DNA from: the human T2T-CHM13v2.0 reference genome, Homo sapiens
Reading direction: 5' to 3'
Length of the DNA: 64,000 bases
NCBI GenBank assembly: GCA_009914755.4
Contig: CP068257.2
Coordinates: forward strand, 38,912,001-38,976,000
The notes under the pieces are model-generated. The model did no database searches, had not been told where the DNA came from, and saw only the letters and a program-made list of their open reading frames with translations. A program made the translations under genes and the position numbers. Shown here in pieces: positions 14,746 to 27,398 of the stretch; position 1 is the first letter of the stretch; the number at the start of each line of letters is the position of its first letter.

Positions 14746-16072
14746 AGCACCTTTCGCATTATATGAAGTAGTCCTCCTCCTTCCATGTGGTTTTGGAGGG
14801 CCCTGAAGTGGGACCCAGGTGGAATTCATCTCTGGATCTCAGAGAGAGCGCTCAATAAATGCTAAGTGGTAGGTGAGTGAGTGAGCAGTGGAGCAAGAGA
14901 ATGAGTAAAGGGATGGATGTAGTGTTTGTCTGACACAGAGGCAGAGCAGGGGCCACTCAGTTGGGTAAAGGTCTGCTTGACAGCCAAATAATTTGGGGAT
15001 AGCCTCTCTCCCATCGGTCACTCACTCCTGAGAGCCCTTCTGCCCTCTCCACTCAGAGGTCACGTGTTTGATCAAGAGATGGGGTGTTAGTGCTCCTTCA
15101 TTTCCAGTTGAAAGAGATGACAGCATCTGTATGAATCCAAAGCTAACCCCGTGCACAGCAGCACGCCAAGCACAGCAGGAAGCTAAGCAGGCCCATCACG
15201 CTGTCCTGTAGGACCCGGAGCTGTTGGCTTCAACCAAAATGCGCCACTCCCCCAAGTACTTTCCTCTAACAATCACAAAGCTGTGAAATGTCCAAGTTTT
15301 AAATTATTATTGGGAAATATTTCATCTTTTGAAAACAATTCTGGTTTCCCCATTTTGACACCAAGCAGAATTTGGCCCAAAACTAAAAGCGAGCAACTTT
15401 TAAGTATGAAATCAAAATTTGCCTTGATATTGTGCTTTCTGTGTTTGCCATACAATGAATTCTGGAGCAATGGTATTATTTTACTTTATTTTAATTTTCT
15501 GTTGTGTTTTGTTTTTCTTTCCTCCCAGTGTGGTCCTTGAACCGCCTGCTAATAAAGTCATCAAGGCCGTGGTGTTCAAATCAGATCTTAAGGCCTCTCA
15601 GGTAGAATTGCTTGATGAGACTGGGGAACATGGAGCACAAGGGAGGGGAAGGAGGAGAGAAGAAAGACAATGATACATTTCTGCTCTAATTTATTATTCG
15701 GGGTCTCAGACACAATGAAGGGCAATACCTAGTTCTCTGGGTTCCGTCTTTCCTTCATGAGGTCAAGTAGTAGAGGATGAAACAGCACAAAGGAAAATCA
15801 ACTCGTAAAATGAAGAGAAAAACGTGTCCTTTAGAGGATGAAAAGAAACCCAGACAGAGACTTTCATAGAACAAAACTTGGGACTAGGATGGAACCTCGC
15901 TGACCACAGCCCAGTGATTACTTAAGGGAGTCCCATGTTTTACAGACAAGCTTTAGGGGTCTCCATGGGACAAGCTTGTGGTTGGGGAGGCCGAGAGGGC
16001 CCAGACCCCAGATGTCCACACCGGGTCCACCAGAGCATCGCTGAGATTTGTTAGAAAAATTGGGATTTCCAT

Positions 16073-16376
16073 GGCTGGGCGCGGTGGCTCACGCTGGTAA
16101 TCCCAGCACTTTGGGAGGCTGAGGCGGGCGGATCACGAGGTCAGGAGATTGAGACCATGGTGCAACGCCGTCGTCTCTACTAAAAATACAAAAAATTAGC
16201 CGGGCATGGTGGCAGGCGCCTGTAGTCCCAGCTACTCGGAGAGGCTGAGGCAGGAGAATGGCGTGAACCCGGGAGGCAGAGCTTGCAGTGACCCCAGATT
16301 GTGTCACTGCACTCCAGCCTGGGCGACAGAGCGAGACTCCATCTCAAAAAAAAGAAAAAGAAAAAAAAAAGAAAAA
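16073..16376 (+). mobile_element. Alu SINE, full length, with an interrupted poly-A
   Basis: It starts GGCTGGGCGCGGTGGCTCACGC and ends in a poly-A. There is a 16-bp TSD AAAATTGGGATTTCCA on both sides. Confidence 0.93.
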
Positions 16377-17746
16377 TTGGGATTTCCAGTGAAATTTTAT
16401 TTGAGAAAAGGAGTTTATTTCTTAAAAACAAGTGTGAAAGCCTGTTTGCAAACAGAATCAGTGAAATGAAATACAGCTAAAATCACTTATAATCAGGGAC
16501 AGATCAAGAGCAAGGATGTTTTTTGTTGTTGGTCCTGTGTATCTCTGTTTCTTATAAGATGAGAAGGGATATTATGATGTTATTAATTGAAAAAAAGACA
16601 ATTCCTGAGATTTTTGAAAAGGGAAAATATGGACCAGATACCTTCATTAAGATGAAAGCATAGTCTCTATATGCAGATAAGACCCAGGGCATTCCTGGTG
16701 TGTCTCGTTTTACCTAATGGCTTTATTAACATAAAATCATTTTCCCATGTACTCACAAATATTTTCACGTTTCTATTTTTTCCTAGATGCTATGGAAAAA
16801 TATGGCCAAAAAACCTGTCCTTACTTGCATAGTACTATAATGTTAGTGTCGATAGCCTTTAGCAGTTTGTTTCTATTGAGTTGCATTATGCATTTGGGGT
16901 GCTTTATTTTCACGTATGATCCATCTCCAATATCTTTATTAGAATTAATGAGCTCTTAACACACAATGACTAATTATCAACTGTCATGCTTCTGGGCCGT
17001 TCCTCCTACATTTGATGCCCGCTCACCTCCCCTTCGCACACACAACCCAAAAGCAGAAAGCAAAAAAACACTCTATTCATTAATCCATTCACTAAACATT
17101 AATTAAGGTCCGTCTAGATTCTGAAGGCAAAAGTTCAGATCAAACAACAATTCCTCTAAGAAGCCTCCATTGATTTCCCAGATAGAACCAATTCCTCTCT
17201 CCCCTCCGCTCCCACAGGACTCAGAGATTCTATTTTCACACACAGCGTAATCTCTCTGTCGATGTTAATTACCCACATCTACGTCCCTCCATGCCCCTCC
17301 TCACACTGCGCTGTGAATCTCTGGAGGATGAGAAGCAGGTTTTATTTGCTTCCTGTGTTCTAATGTCACTAAATATGGCCTTAATTCTTCCACATTGTAG
17401 GAAGCTTAGTGAAGGAGGCAACAAACAAAACTTCCTAGGATATAAGAGCTTTAAAAATATAAATCAGAAAAAGATCGGTAATAAACAAACATGAACAAAA
17501 GAGAGGGGGTGCTGCTTAGGCTACTGGGTCCCGCATCTCCTTTGCTTTCTGCCAAAATGCCCTAAAAGAGCTCCCCCATCCCTCCCAGCCTTTCTGTGCA
17601 ACCCTGATCCCTCTTCGATCAACTTCAATCCGTTTTTAATGCCATTACTCCACCAACAAATATTGAGCCAACCAACTAACAACTGAGAGAAAATATTTTA
17701 TTAAAAGGAATCCCATATATATTACTTTTAAAGGTTTTTTGTTTGG

Positions 17747-17862
17747 GGTATTTTTTTTTTAAAGATGGGGTTTCGCTGTGTGGCCCAGGCATGTCTCAAA
17801 GTTAATGAGCTCAAGTGATTACCCTGCTTTCATCCTTCTGAGTAGCTGGGACTACAGGTGCA
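17747..17862 (-). mobile_element. Partial Alu (monomer-length fragment)
   Basis: A poly-T is followed by AAAGATGGGGTTTCGCTGTGTGGCCCAGGC and ...GAGTAGCTGGGACTACAGGTGCAT. Confidence 0.7.
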
Positions 17863-19244
17863 TATTACAAAACTAAATGTTATAAATAAAACAATAAAAG
17901 TGTTAGAAGAAAATCCAGTTGCATATCAATATAATCTTGATACAGGGGAAGTCTTTTTATACATCAAAATACTAATGAATGTCATTTTACAGGCCATTGT
18001 TATTTTTATTTTTGTTCATTTGTTTTCTGCATATTAGATAACATAAAAATTTTCAATAAAAAAGCATTCACATTACTATAACTAGTCCAGAACTTTCTGC
18101 AATTGCCTCTATTTCAATACTTATTTTATGCCAGCCTTTAGTAACAGACTATATTTAAATGCTTCTCTGAAACAAGACCTATGTGGAAAGTAAGTTTACA
18201 AATAAAATAAAGTGCGTGCTAGTAAGCATCAGATAATACATATTTGAAACACACGAGAATAAACAGCAAAGCTTAAATTTAAGTATTTTAAGAGAAGAAT
18301 CCTAAACATAATGCTCTTCATAAATAGTTGTCTGTACCATTTATTCTGGTTTAGTTTACTTCATAAATTGAAAGTTATTTCCTTATTAAAAGAATAGAGG
18401 CCTTTCTCAGAGTCAAGAATTTTAAAATGTTTAATATATCACATATATGTGTATATTTGTGTGTGTGTGTGGTCTATACACACACATAAATGCATATAAG
18501 TGCGTAAGTATATATAAGACCTAAGGTCAACATTTTACAAGTTGTGATGTCATTACATGTATTAAAATGAACTTTAATAAAGTAATAATATTATACTTAA
18601 GGAAGAATGATTTTTCAGTATATTGATGTTTAGGAAGACTTGGAAGAAATCCAACCAAATTCAGCAAAATGTATTGCACTGAAAGTAGTAGAAGACAAGT
18701 ATTTGGAATAAATTTAAATTTCTATTTGTTTTGGACCTGGTAGATGTGGCAACGCCTCTAAAACAAAAGGCATTATTTTGGGATAACTTGCAGTCCTGAT
18801 GATCAAAAAGAATGTCACTTGCATAGATCAGTGGCTGAAAGCAAAGAAAGAACCAAGCAAAATACACAAAAGAGCATGGAGAAAAAGAAATAGGAACTCA
18901 AAGTTTTAACAAAAGAAACTTGTTTTCTGAAAACACATGGCATTTTTGATCCACTTCTTCATTGAGACTATCTGCCTACATGTTCTCTAACTGACTGATT
19001 TCAGAAGAAGATTATTCAAAATATATAGAATGTTTCAAAAAATAAATACTCAATCTCAAAAAATGAATGTTCAGTGCTATCTATACATATCGTTGGGAAT
19101 GACCTATTCAACATGAATTTGAAACTGTAATAAGAGAACATTTTTAGGGGTAACGATGTCACAAGAAACACATTTGGATGCCCAGCATCTACTCTCAAAT
19201 GTTGTGGAAGTTAGATTAATGGTTTTCAAATTGTTCTAATTGCT

Positions 19245-19616
19245 CATTGCTATGGACTGAAAGTTTGTGCTCCCCAAAAATTCATATGTTGAAATCCTAA
19301 CTCCCACTGTGATTGTATTAGGAGGTGGGGCCTTTGGAAGGTAGTGAGGTCGTGAGGGTGGGACCCTCAAGAATTGGATTAGTGCCCTTAGAAAAGACGC
19401 AAGAGTTAGCTTATTCTTCAGCTCTGCTCTCTGCCATCTGAGGAGTCAAAGAGAAGGCACTGTCTGGGAAGCAGGAAGCAAGGCTTCCCCAGATGACAGA
19501 TCTGCTGACAACCTGATCTCAGACTTCCAGCCCCCAAAACAGTGAGGAATAATTGTCTGCTGTTTCTAAGCCACCCAGTCTTTTGAACTTTATGATTGCA
19601 ACCCAAAATGGGCTAA
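19245..19616 (+). mobile_element. MaLR LTR (MLT1-type)
   Basis: It contains CCAAAAATTCATATGTTGAAATCCTAACTCCCACTGTGATTGTATTAGGAGGTGGGGCCTTTGGAAGGTAGTGAGGTCGTGAGGGTGGGACCCTCAAGAATTGGATTAGTGCCCTTAGAAAAGA. The 3' terminus is ...CTGCTGTTTCTAAGCCACCCAGTC, diagnostic of MLT1. Confidence 0.7.
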
Positions 19617-21169
19617 GGTGCTCATTTTGTCAATAAGGAAATGAAGGCTTGGAGCAAAGTGCTTAAAATCCTAGTTATTAAATATTTGCACCATTAACCA
19701 GACTCCAGGTCTTCCTAGTCCAGCATCATGTCACAATATTAGAAACGACCCCAGGAAAGAGCTCCAGGTAGGTGTCCTCTTCTGAATACTGGCCCCTCAC
19801 CCGGGCCTCTGCGGTGGTGCTGATCACACTGTGTGGCATTTCCCTGAAGACAATATATGCTCCTTGAGATATTTATCTGATTCATTTTTAAGGGGAAACA
19901 ATCAATGCATTAAATAAAATGTATCTGGCTCATTTCAAAAAAGAATACAGAATACATCTCACATACAAAATATGTTTAAGTATTTAAAATATTTGATAGG
20001 CTGGAAAGGTCAGACAAGTAAGATTCCTCTTCCCTCTGACAGTGTGTGTCTAAATGCCATAAATTTTTAAAACCTGATGTATTCACCTCCAACACCCCAA
20101 AGGCCTAAACATTTTAGTCCTAGGAAGTCCTGCCATTTCCCTGATTCCAGCAATCAATTATAGGGATGGGGACAAGAAATGTTATGATGGCCACTGGGAT
20201 CCACCATTTGGCATCCAGGTGGCCTTTAGCTAAGTGATGAAGAGGACATGGGCAGCCAGGTCACAGAGCATTGGCCTCATGACCCAGAACCAGAATCTGG
20301 GGTAGGTCATGTCCTATCACAAGCGACCCTCTAGGGGAATGCATTAAGCAGAATGTCAGGTTGAATGGAAATCACACATCCCTTCTTCACACCTTTATTC
20401 ATACCTCATGGGAAGGGGGAGCCACAGTGAGTCTGTGGAGGAAAGGAATGGGGGGGCAGGGATCCCAAATCTACAAGGGAAACTAAGTCCCAGCTTGAGG
20501 AAGCCTCCAAACCCTGTCTACTTGGTATCAGTCTTCCACCTTTACCTCTAAAGGGATATCAAATTAGTACTTCTCATGAGTCTCTGGTCACCTAGCCGCC
20601 AAGCATTACTTTAGTAATTTTAGGACTGTCCCCAGGCAACGAAAGTATTAAATGACAACTATTATTATTCATAATCTCCTGTTTAAAAGTTTTATTTCAT
20701 ATAAATTTACATAATTAAAAATATTTGTAAATAAAATATTGCTGCTCTCGGTTGTGTTCATTATTTGTCTCATCTACCTACCCAAGGGGAACACTTCTTT
20801 CACTGTTCTTTCAAAAGCTAACTTTTTAACTTTGAAAATGCCTGTTCCATAGACAGTAAGTGCCAAGTTGAACTCTTAGTCAGTGTGAGTTGGGTTTAAC
20901 CAAGAGGATACCTGGAAGTGAGGGGTGAGCCATCGCACTGGTGAAATTTCCTGCAGCATCAGCAGGAGTCAGGAGGGCAGGGGAGAAGCTTCATAATACA
21001 GGCAGGTGGGCTGAAAATAACTCACCATGCAGGGTTCTAGAAATTGAGGAATAAGCCTTGGTCACGGAGTAGAACAGGAATTATGGGAGGCAGTCTATGC
21101 AAAGTATATGCAAATCACTTGGAAGAGTCTGTCACATCGGAAACTTCACATGAATAGCAGCTGTACTAA

Positions 21170-21600
21170 GTTGAGCGGTGTCACCCCAAAATTAAGAAAG
21201 TCCTCTGGAACCTCAGAATGTGACCTTATTTGAAAATAGGGTATTTGCAGATGTAATTAGTTAAGGACCTTCAGATGAAATCATCCTGAATTTAGGGTGA
21301 GCCCTAAACCCAATAATTAGTGTCTTCGTAAGAAGAGGAGAGGCCACACAGAGACATAGAGAAGAACCCCCTGCGAAGATGAAGGCACAGATTCAAGTGA
21401 TACGGCCACAAGCCAAGGAATGCTGAAGAATGCCTGGGGCCACCAGAAACTGGAAGAGGCAAAAATAATCCTCCTCTAGAGCTTTCAGAAAGAGCTCGAC
21501 CCTGCTGACACCTTGATTTTGAACTTCCCACCTCTGGAACTGTGAGAATAATTTTTTTAAGCCACACAGTTTATGTTAATGTGTTATGACAACCCTAGGA
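21170..21600 (+). mobile_element. MaLR LTR (MLT1-type)
   Basis: It contains GAATGTGACCTTATTTGAAAATAGGGTATTTGCAGATGTAATTAGTTAAGGA and ends ...CTGGAACTGTGAGAATAATTTTTTTAAGCCACACAGTTTATG. Confidence 0.65.
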
Positions 21601-21819
21601 AATGTACTTTAGCCATTTTTATTGTTGTTATATATTTATCAATTGAACCTTTCCAAATGAAAATTATCTTTCAATTTGCATTTGATAGTCAAATTGAACT
21701 TGCGTCACTTTTTTCCAAATAAGAAAACTGGGTCATGTATTCACTTTTATTTAATTAAAAGTTTCCAAAAAAAAAAAAAGGTAGAATAGGCGCCAGAATT
21801 CAAAATTTAGGAACCTATT

Positions 21820-22185
21820 GTTTATGTTTCTCCAAAATTCATTTGTCGAAATTATAAACCCCAGTAGGTGAGGGTATTAGGAGGTAGGACTTTTGAGAGG
21901 TGATTAGGTCATGAGGATGAAGCCCTCAAGAATGAGATTAGTGCCCTTATGAAAAGACATGAGAGCTTGTGTTCTGTCCTTCTGCTCTGTGCCATGTAGG
22001 GATACAAGGACACAGTAAGAAGGCCACCATCTGAAAGCCACATGGACATCAGCAGACACAGCATCTACTGGTGCTTTGATTGTGGATGTCCAGCCCCTAA
22101 AATTGAGAAATCAATGTCTGTTGTTTAAGCCACCCAGACGATGGTATTCTGTGACAGCAGCCTGAGTTGACCAAGGACCTACAAA
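21820..22185 (+). mobile_element. MaLR LTR (MLT1-type)
   Basis: It contains GGTATTAGGAGGTAGGACTTTTGAGAGGTGATTAGGTCATGAGGATGAAGCCCTCAAGAATGAGATTAGTGCCCTTATGAAAAGACATGAG and ends ...CTGTTGTTTAAGCCACCCAGACGATGGTATTCTGTGACAGCAGCCTGAG. Confidence 0.7.
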
Positions 22186-22394
22186 ATATTTATTAATCTT
22201 CACAAATCAGGGAAATCATTTCTGCCCAGACAACCTCCACTGGGGATAGGCAGCCCTGTAATATCCGAAATTTTACATATATTCACTCTTCCAGCACGTT
22301 AAACAGCCTCACCTGCAAAGTCCCACTTTTTCTTTCAGTCTGTGCTTTAATAGTTTATAAAAGCCAGAAATGTCATGGGAAACCAGACAGACCA

Positions 22395-22620
22395 CAGAGA
22401 AGTCACACAAAGAGGCATGACCTTTGCACCTGCCACTGACTTTCTGGGAACCTCAGTTTCCTCATCTCTAAAACAGGTGTCCTGGGACACTTGGCAGGGG
22501 TAAGAATTGTGTGAGATGATGTGTGAAATATGCACACCATCCCAGCACACTGCAGGCATTGAGCTGGCACCAGCAATGGTCTGGCTATGGCTCCGAGCAC
22601 CAGCCTCCAACACTTACTGA
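22395..22620 (+). mobile_element. MIR (mammalian-wide interspersed repeat) fragment
   Basis: It has the MIR core CCTCAGTTTCCTCATCTCTAAAACAGG and a loosely matching downstream ...CACACTGCAGGCATTGAGCTGGCACCAGC. There is a second weak MIR-like core at ~23300-23390. Confidence 0.45.
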
Positions 22621-25600
22621 ATGAGGGGAGAACAAAGAGTCACCTCAAAAAGTGGCTTCAGCCCCTAGCCCCCTTGTGTGTAGCCCAGCCAGTCTGTCAC
22701 TGAGAAAACCAGTGACTGGAGTGGCCACGTGTCAAGGGCTTTGGGAACAGAAAGTCAGGTCCAGTCTGGGCTTTCTCTACCAGTGGGAAACCTTGGTGGG
22801 TTTCCAGCCTTGGCGAGCCTTTGTTCCCTCCTCCACAAAAGAAGATCCAAATAATCCCTAGTAACCTGGTCGTAATACTTAAATGATGTGATCTGGTACC
22901 AGGACCTGGCAGTGCATAGGCACTCATTCTGTCTTCCCTGACAAGACCCCTGCATGAAACTCAGCGGGTACATTCTCCCCTCCTAGGACACAAGCATTTT
23001 TAAAGAGGGTTAAGGTGTAGAGAAGTCCTTTTCTTGGGAAAATGATTCACAAGGCATCTATGGGGAGATATTTTCAGTAGGAAGCTGTGCAGGAGAGCTG
23101 GGGGTCCACACACTCAGGGTAGCTGTGAGCAGCATTTCCTTGGGTCATGGGGATATGTATCTGGAAAAGGGCCACCGCCCAGTCAGTGACATCTCTGCCA
23201 GGGCCTCAGGCAGACTCTGGCCCAAAGCAAACGGCAAAGTGGCCAACAGATCATGGGCTTTGGGTCTGACAGATCTGGATTCAAATAACAGCCACTTCCC
23301 TGCCTTTTGACCTTAGGCAAATCATGTAGACTTCTCTGAGCCACCTCAGTTTCCATGTGAGGAGTAGGGGGTGACAATACCTATGCCACCAGCTATGGCT
23401 TCGCCCAAGCACAGCTCCTGGCATGGATCTGGCAGTAAATACATGGGGTTTTCCTCCCTAGTCCATGCATGGACCTCAGTGGCCTTTGGTTTGTCAGTTT
23501 TTTTATATTCCTTCGAGATGAAGTTCATCCATTTAAAAAAATAAAATACAAATAAGTTTGATTTAGCAAAAATCTGTGGGTGACATTTGCTAAAGTTGGA
23601 TTTATGTCTCATTTAATATTTATTGGGATTAAGTCACTGCTGGCCTCACCCCAAAACCCATAGAAAAAGAGAAGCTCAGGTCTTTCTAAGGGAAGTCACG
23701 TCTTACACTTCCCCTTTTCAGGAGAGGCCTAGTGAGAATGTGGTTTTGCTCCAGGGGCTGGGGCTGGGGTGGGAGCCTGGAGGATCCTTTCTAAAGGCTG
23801 ATACCCCCCAGTTATTGGGGGCAAGGGGGCTGAGAAGCATTTCTTCTTGAGGCCCATGTCAACCCCATCCAAATCCCCTCGTAACATCAAGCAGAGCAAC
23901 TAAGACAGAGCCAAGAGCAGCCCAACCTTGGTCATGGGGAATCCTCACCGTCCTCTCTGTCCCCAACCCTGTCTATCCTGGGGAAGACAGCCCAGAGGCA
24001 GACATGACCCCACTGTCCCCCGGTGTAGACACAATAGCAGCAAGGAAGACAGCCTGCTAACCTTTCTAGAATCCATTTTTCTCCACACTCCCACACCACG
24101 GCCTTCCTTTCTTGCTTCTTACACGCCTGCTGTTAGAAAGATCTTAATTCTGGTGACTGAGGGAAACACAAAATGGTGGCTTATAATCAAATCAGCCCAG
24201 AAGCCACTCTGCACCCAAACCTATCACCCGGAGGGACGTGAAAGCTAATTCTTCAAAAGCCAAACACAGTCGTCTCCTTTTCCAAGTCCTGGGATTCAGC
24301 TGTCAGGCCTCATGAAAACCATTCTCCTCAAGGTTAAAACCTTAATGCACTGTTTGCACATTGAATCAAAAGAGGTTTGCATAATTAATGGAGCACAGAA
24401 AAATCGGGAGACAGAACGCAAAGTAGGTTTTAGGAGAAATAAAAGGCTTGCAGGAGGAAGGCATGCCCTCCTGAGTTTGCTGCACAAGTACAAAGACACC
24501 GGTGGAATCAAAAGGCAGGTCATGAGAACCAGCCACAGGGGACCTCTTCCAGCCTTCAGCACAGGGAGGAGAGGAAACAAGACGTCTGGACACTGGGTTT
24601 CTGGAGCAATGCTTCCACTGTCCTTCAAATGTGCCTCAAATTGTTCAAGCAAACTCAGAACGTCTCTGCCACGTTCCCTGGAACAATGGAATGTCCTTGC
24701 TGAGAAAGGCAGGGAGCAAGACGAAGGCAGGCAGGCAGCATTTCCTCTACAGACAGACACTGCGCAGTGTCCCGCAGCCCCCCAAATTGGGGAGGGATTC
24801 CTCGCGTGGCATCAGTAAGGGGCGCTCAGCAGAGGCAGCCTGGCATATGGTGTCTCCAATTTTTTAGTGACAAGTGGCATGTTAGCAGAGCTGCGGAGGA
24901 GCGGGGAGAGAGCCGGTTGGTTAATCACTCCCCATTGCCTGCACCCTCAGGCAAAATCATATTGCTTTATGCAGATGAGTTCATAACAGTTTCTTCAATT
25001 TGGCTTTTATAGAAAAAAGCGCCAGCTCCTCGCACTGTGTCAACAGCCACCCGAGGGCCTAGCACTTTACAAGGCGAGTGTATTACTATTTAAAGACCAG
25101 CTTTTAGCTGAACATCAGGGCTGCCTTCAGAGTTTAATTACCGCCCTCCCCATGGGGCCAAATGAGCCATCGACTCCTCCCAAGGGGGTTCTGCTTGGTA
25201 CTGATCTTTAAGTAAGTAAACGCTAAACCAGCTCATCTTAAAGCGCCCACATCTGATTTCCTGCTCTGCTGCAAGACAGTAGGTGACTGGTAATGACCCG
25301 TGAGCAATTTACAATCCTGGATGTAATTAATCTTCAACTGAAAATAAACCAGTAAAAAAATATATATATATATATATGTACAATATAAAATATATAATAG
25401 AATTTGTATTTCCTTTTCTAAATTATCAGAGAAAGATCTCAATAGCACGTGCAATTTCCTGAAACAATTTCCAATTTTATTACAGCAGTTTTTTTCTTTC
25501 TCCTCTTACTTTCCTTCTCAATTTGCAAAATTGAATAGAATGTGTTTGAAAGGCCAGGGTCACAGCCTTTCTACATCCTCAACAGTGATCATCAAATTAG

Positions 25601-25776
25601 TCCTTTTAAAGTACCATTAGGTAGGCATGACTTTGGGATATATAATTGTCCGTTAGAAGACAAATTAACATGTCAATAGTAGTACACAGTGATATTTTAT
25701 CTGAGAGTGGCCCAAAGAATTAAAAATCTAGTGCATTTTCCAAAAGCCATGGAAGAATCAAAATAGGGTAAAACAA

Positions 25777-26050
25777 GGCCGGGCACGGTGGCTCATGCCT
25801 GTAATCCCAGCCTTTGGGAGACCAAGATGGGCAAACCACTTAAGCTCAGGAGTTCAAGACCAGCCTGAGCAACATGGTGAAACCCCATCTCTACCAAAAA
25901 TACAAAAAATTAACTGGGTGTGGTGGTGTGTGCCCGAGGTCCCAGCTACTCTGGAGGCTGAGGCGCGAGGATCACCTGAGCCTGGGAGCCGAGATTGCAC
26001 CATGGCACTTCAGCTTGGGCAACACAGTGTGACCCTGTCTCAAAAAAAAC
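25777..26050 (+). mobile_element. Alu SINE (older, divergent)
   Basis: It starts GGCCGGGCACGGTGGCTCATGCCTGTAATCCCAGCCTTTGGGAG and ends in a short poly-A. Confidence 0.9.
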
Positions 26051-27098
26051 ATTAAAAATGTCATTTATCTTCTTGTTTTGAGAGAATACCAACAACAAAA
26101 ATATTAAAGATACATACATTTAATTTGTAACATAAACAAGCTTGGCAGAACATTCCTAAGGTGTTGACTGAGTTCCAAACAGACCAAGGTATTACATTTT
26201 CATTCTGGAAAACTCCTGCTGATTCTTCAGTCATTTACTTCGAGATAAAAAAAAACAACAATGCATCCAGGGCTGTGAGGGTCCCACTACTTGCGCTTAG
26301 GAAGAGAACAGCTGAGAACGGTAAGCAGTGGTCCTTACACTACCTTCTCTCAGCATCCATATGACCAAACGAAATAAAACAAAGTTCCCTGATATGTACA
26401 TTTGTGACCCTGAGTTGAATCAGTTATGTCTGTGTTTTAATAGGCTGCCAACCACACTGAGATACTCAGGCAGCATGAAAGGGTATGGAAGACCTAGGTT
26501 CTAGGCCTGTCTCATAAGGTGTTACATTTTGGGACAAGTCATACTTCAGCTCACTCACCTTCATATTTAACAAAGAAATTTAATCTGTTATATTGACGTT
26601 TGGAAACCCCAGCTAAGCTAACAGGGAGAAGGGCTGTGGTGAAATGGTGGTGATGAACAAACCTCTTAGAGGTACATCATGCAAGACGAGATAAATAATA
26701 CTGTTAACTACCAGTCTCTAAGCTGAGAAAATGTGCTGGCTAAGTCAACAGGTTGCTGTATCCTTTACACACTGACATAAATGCTGAAATGAATGAAATA
26801 ATGAAAAGCTAAGCAAAGAGTCTTGCTTTATGGAGGATCCATGGAGCATCAAGCCCTACGCTTGGTATTTTGAGTTCTTGACGTTACTTACAAATGAAAA
26901 GAACCCTACCAAAATACTAGTCCTACCTATAGGAAATGTCCGACATCACCCAGCTAGTCATTGGTATCTGGATCCCAGATCCACACCAACACCGAGCCCC
27001 AGGCCTGACACTCAACTCAACCAATATCCTTTCTCTGGGCCGTCCTGCCTCCCAGGGCTTTCTGCTGTTCAGCCATCTACTCAAAAATATTTTACTAG

Positions 27099-27398
<300 letters not shown>

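Noticed and set aside
18440-18520. Short (TG)n...(CA)n inverted microsatellite pair that could form a hairpin
   Set aside because: The arms are only ~10 bp of simple dinucleotide repeats. Such sequences are common and not specific.
24296-24818. Two overlapping ORFs on opposite strands (154 aa minus, 168 aa plus)
   Set aside because: Mutually overlapping antisense ORFs in a GC-rich patch are characteristic of non-coding GC-rich DNA. I interpret the region as a candidate regulatory element instead (see findings).
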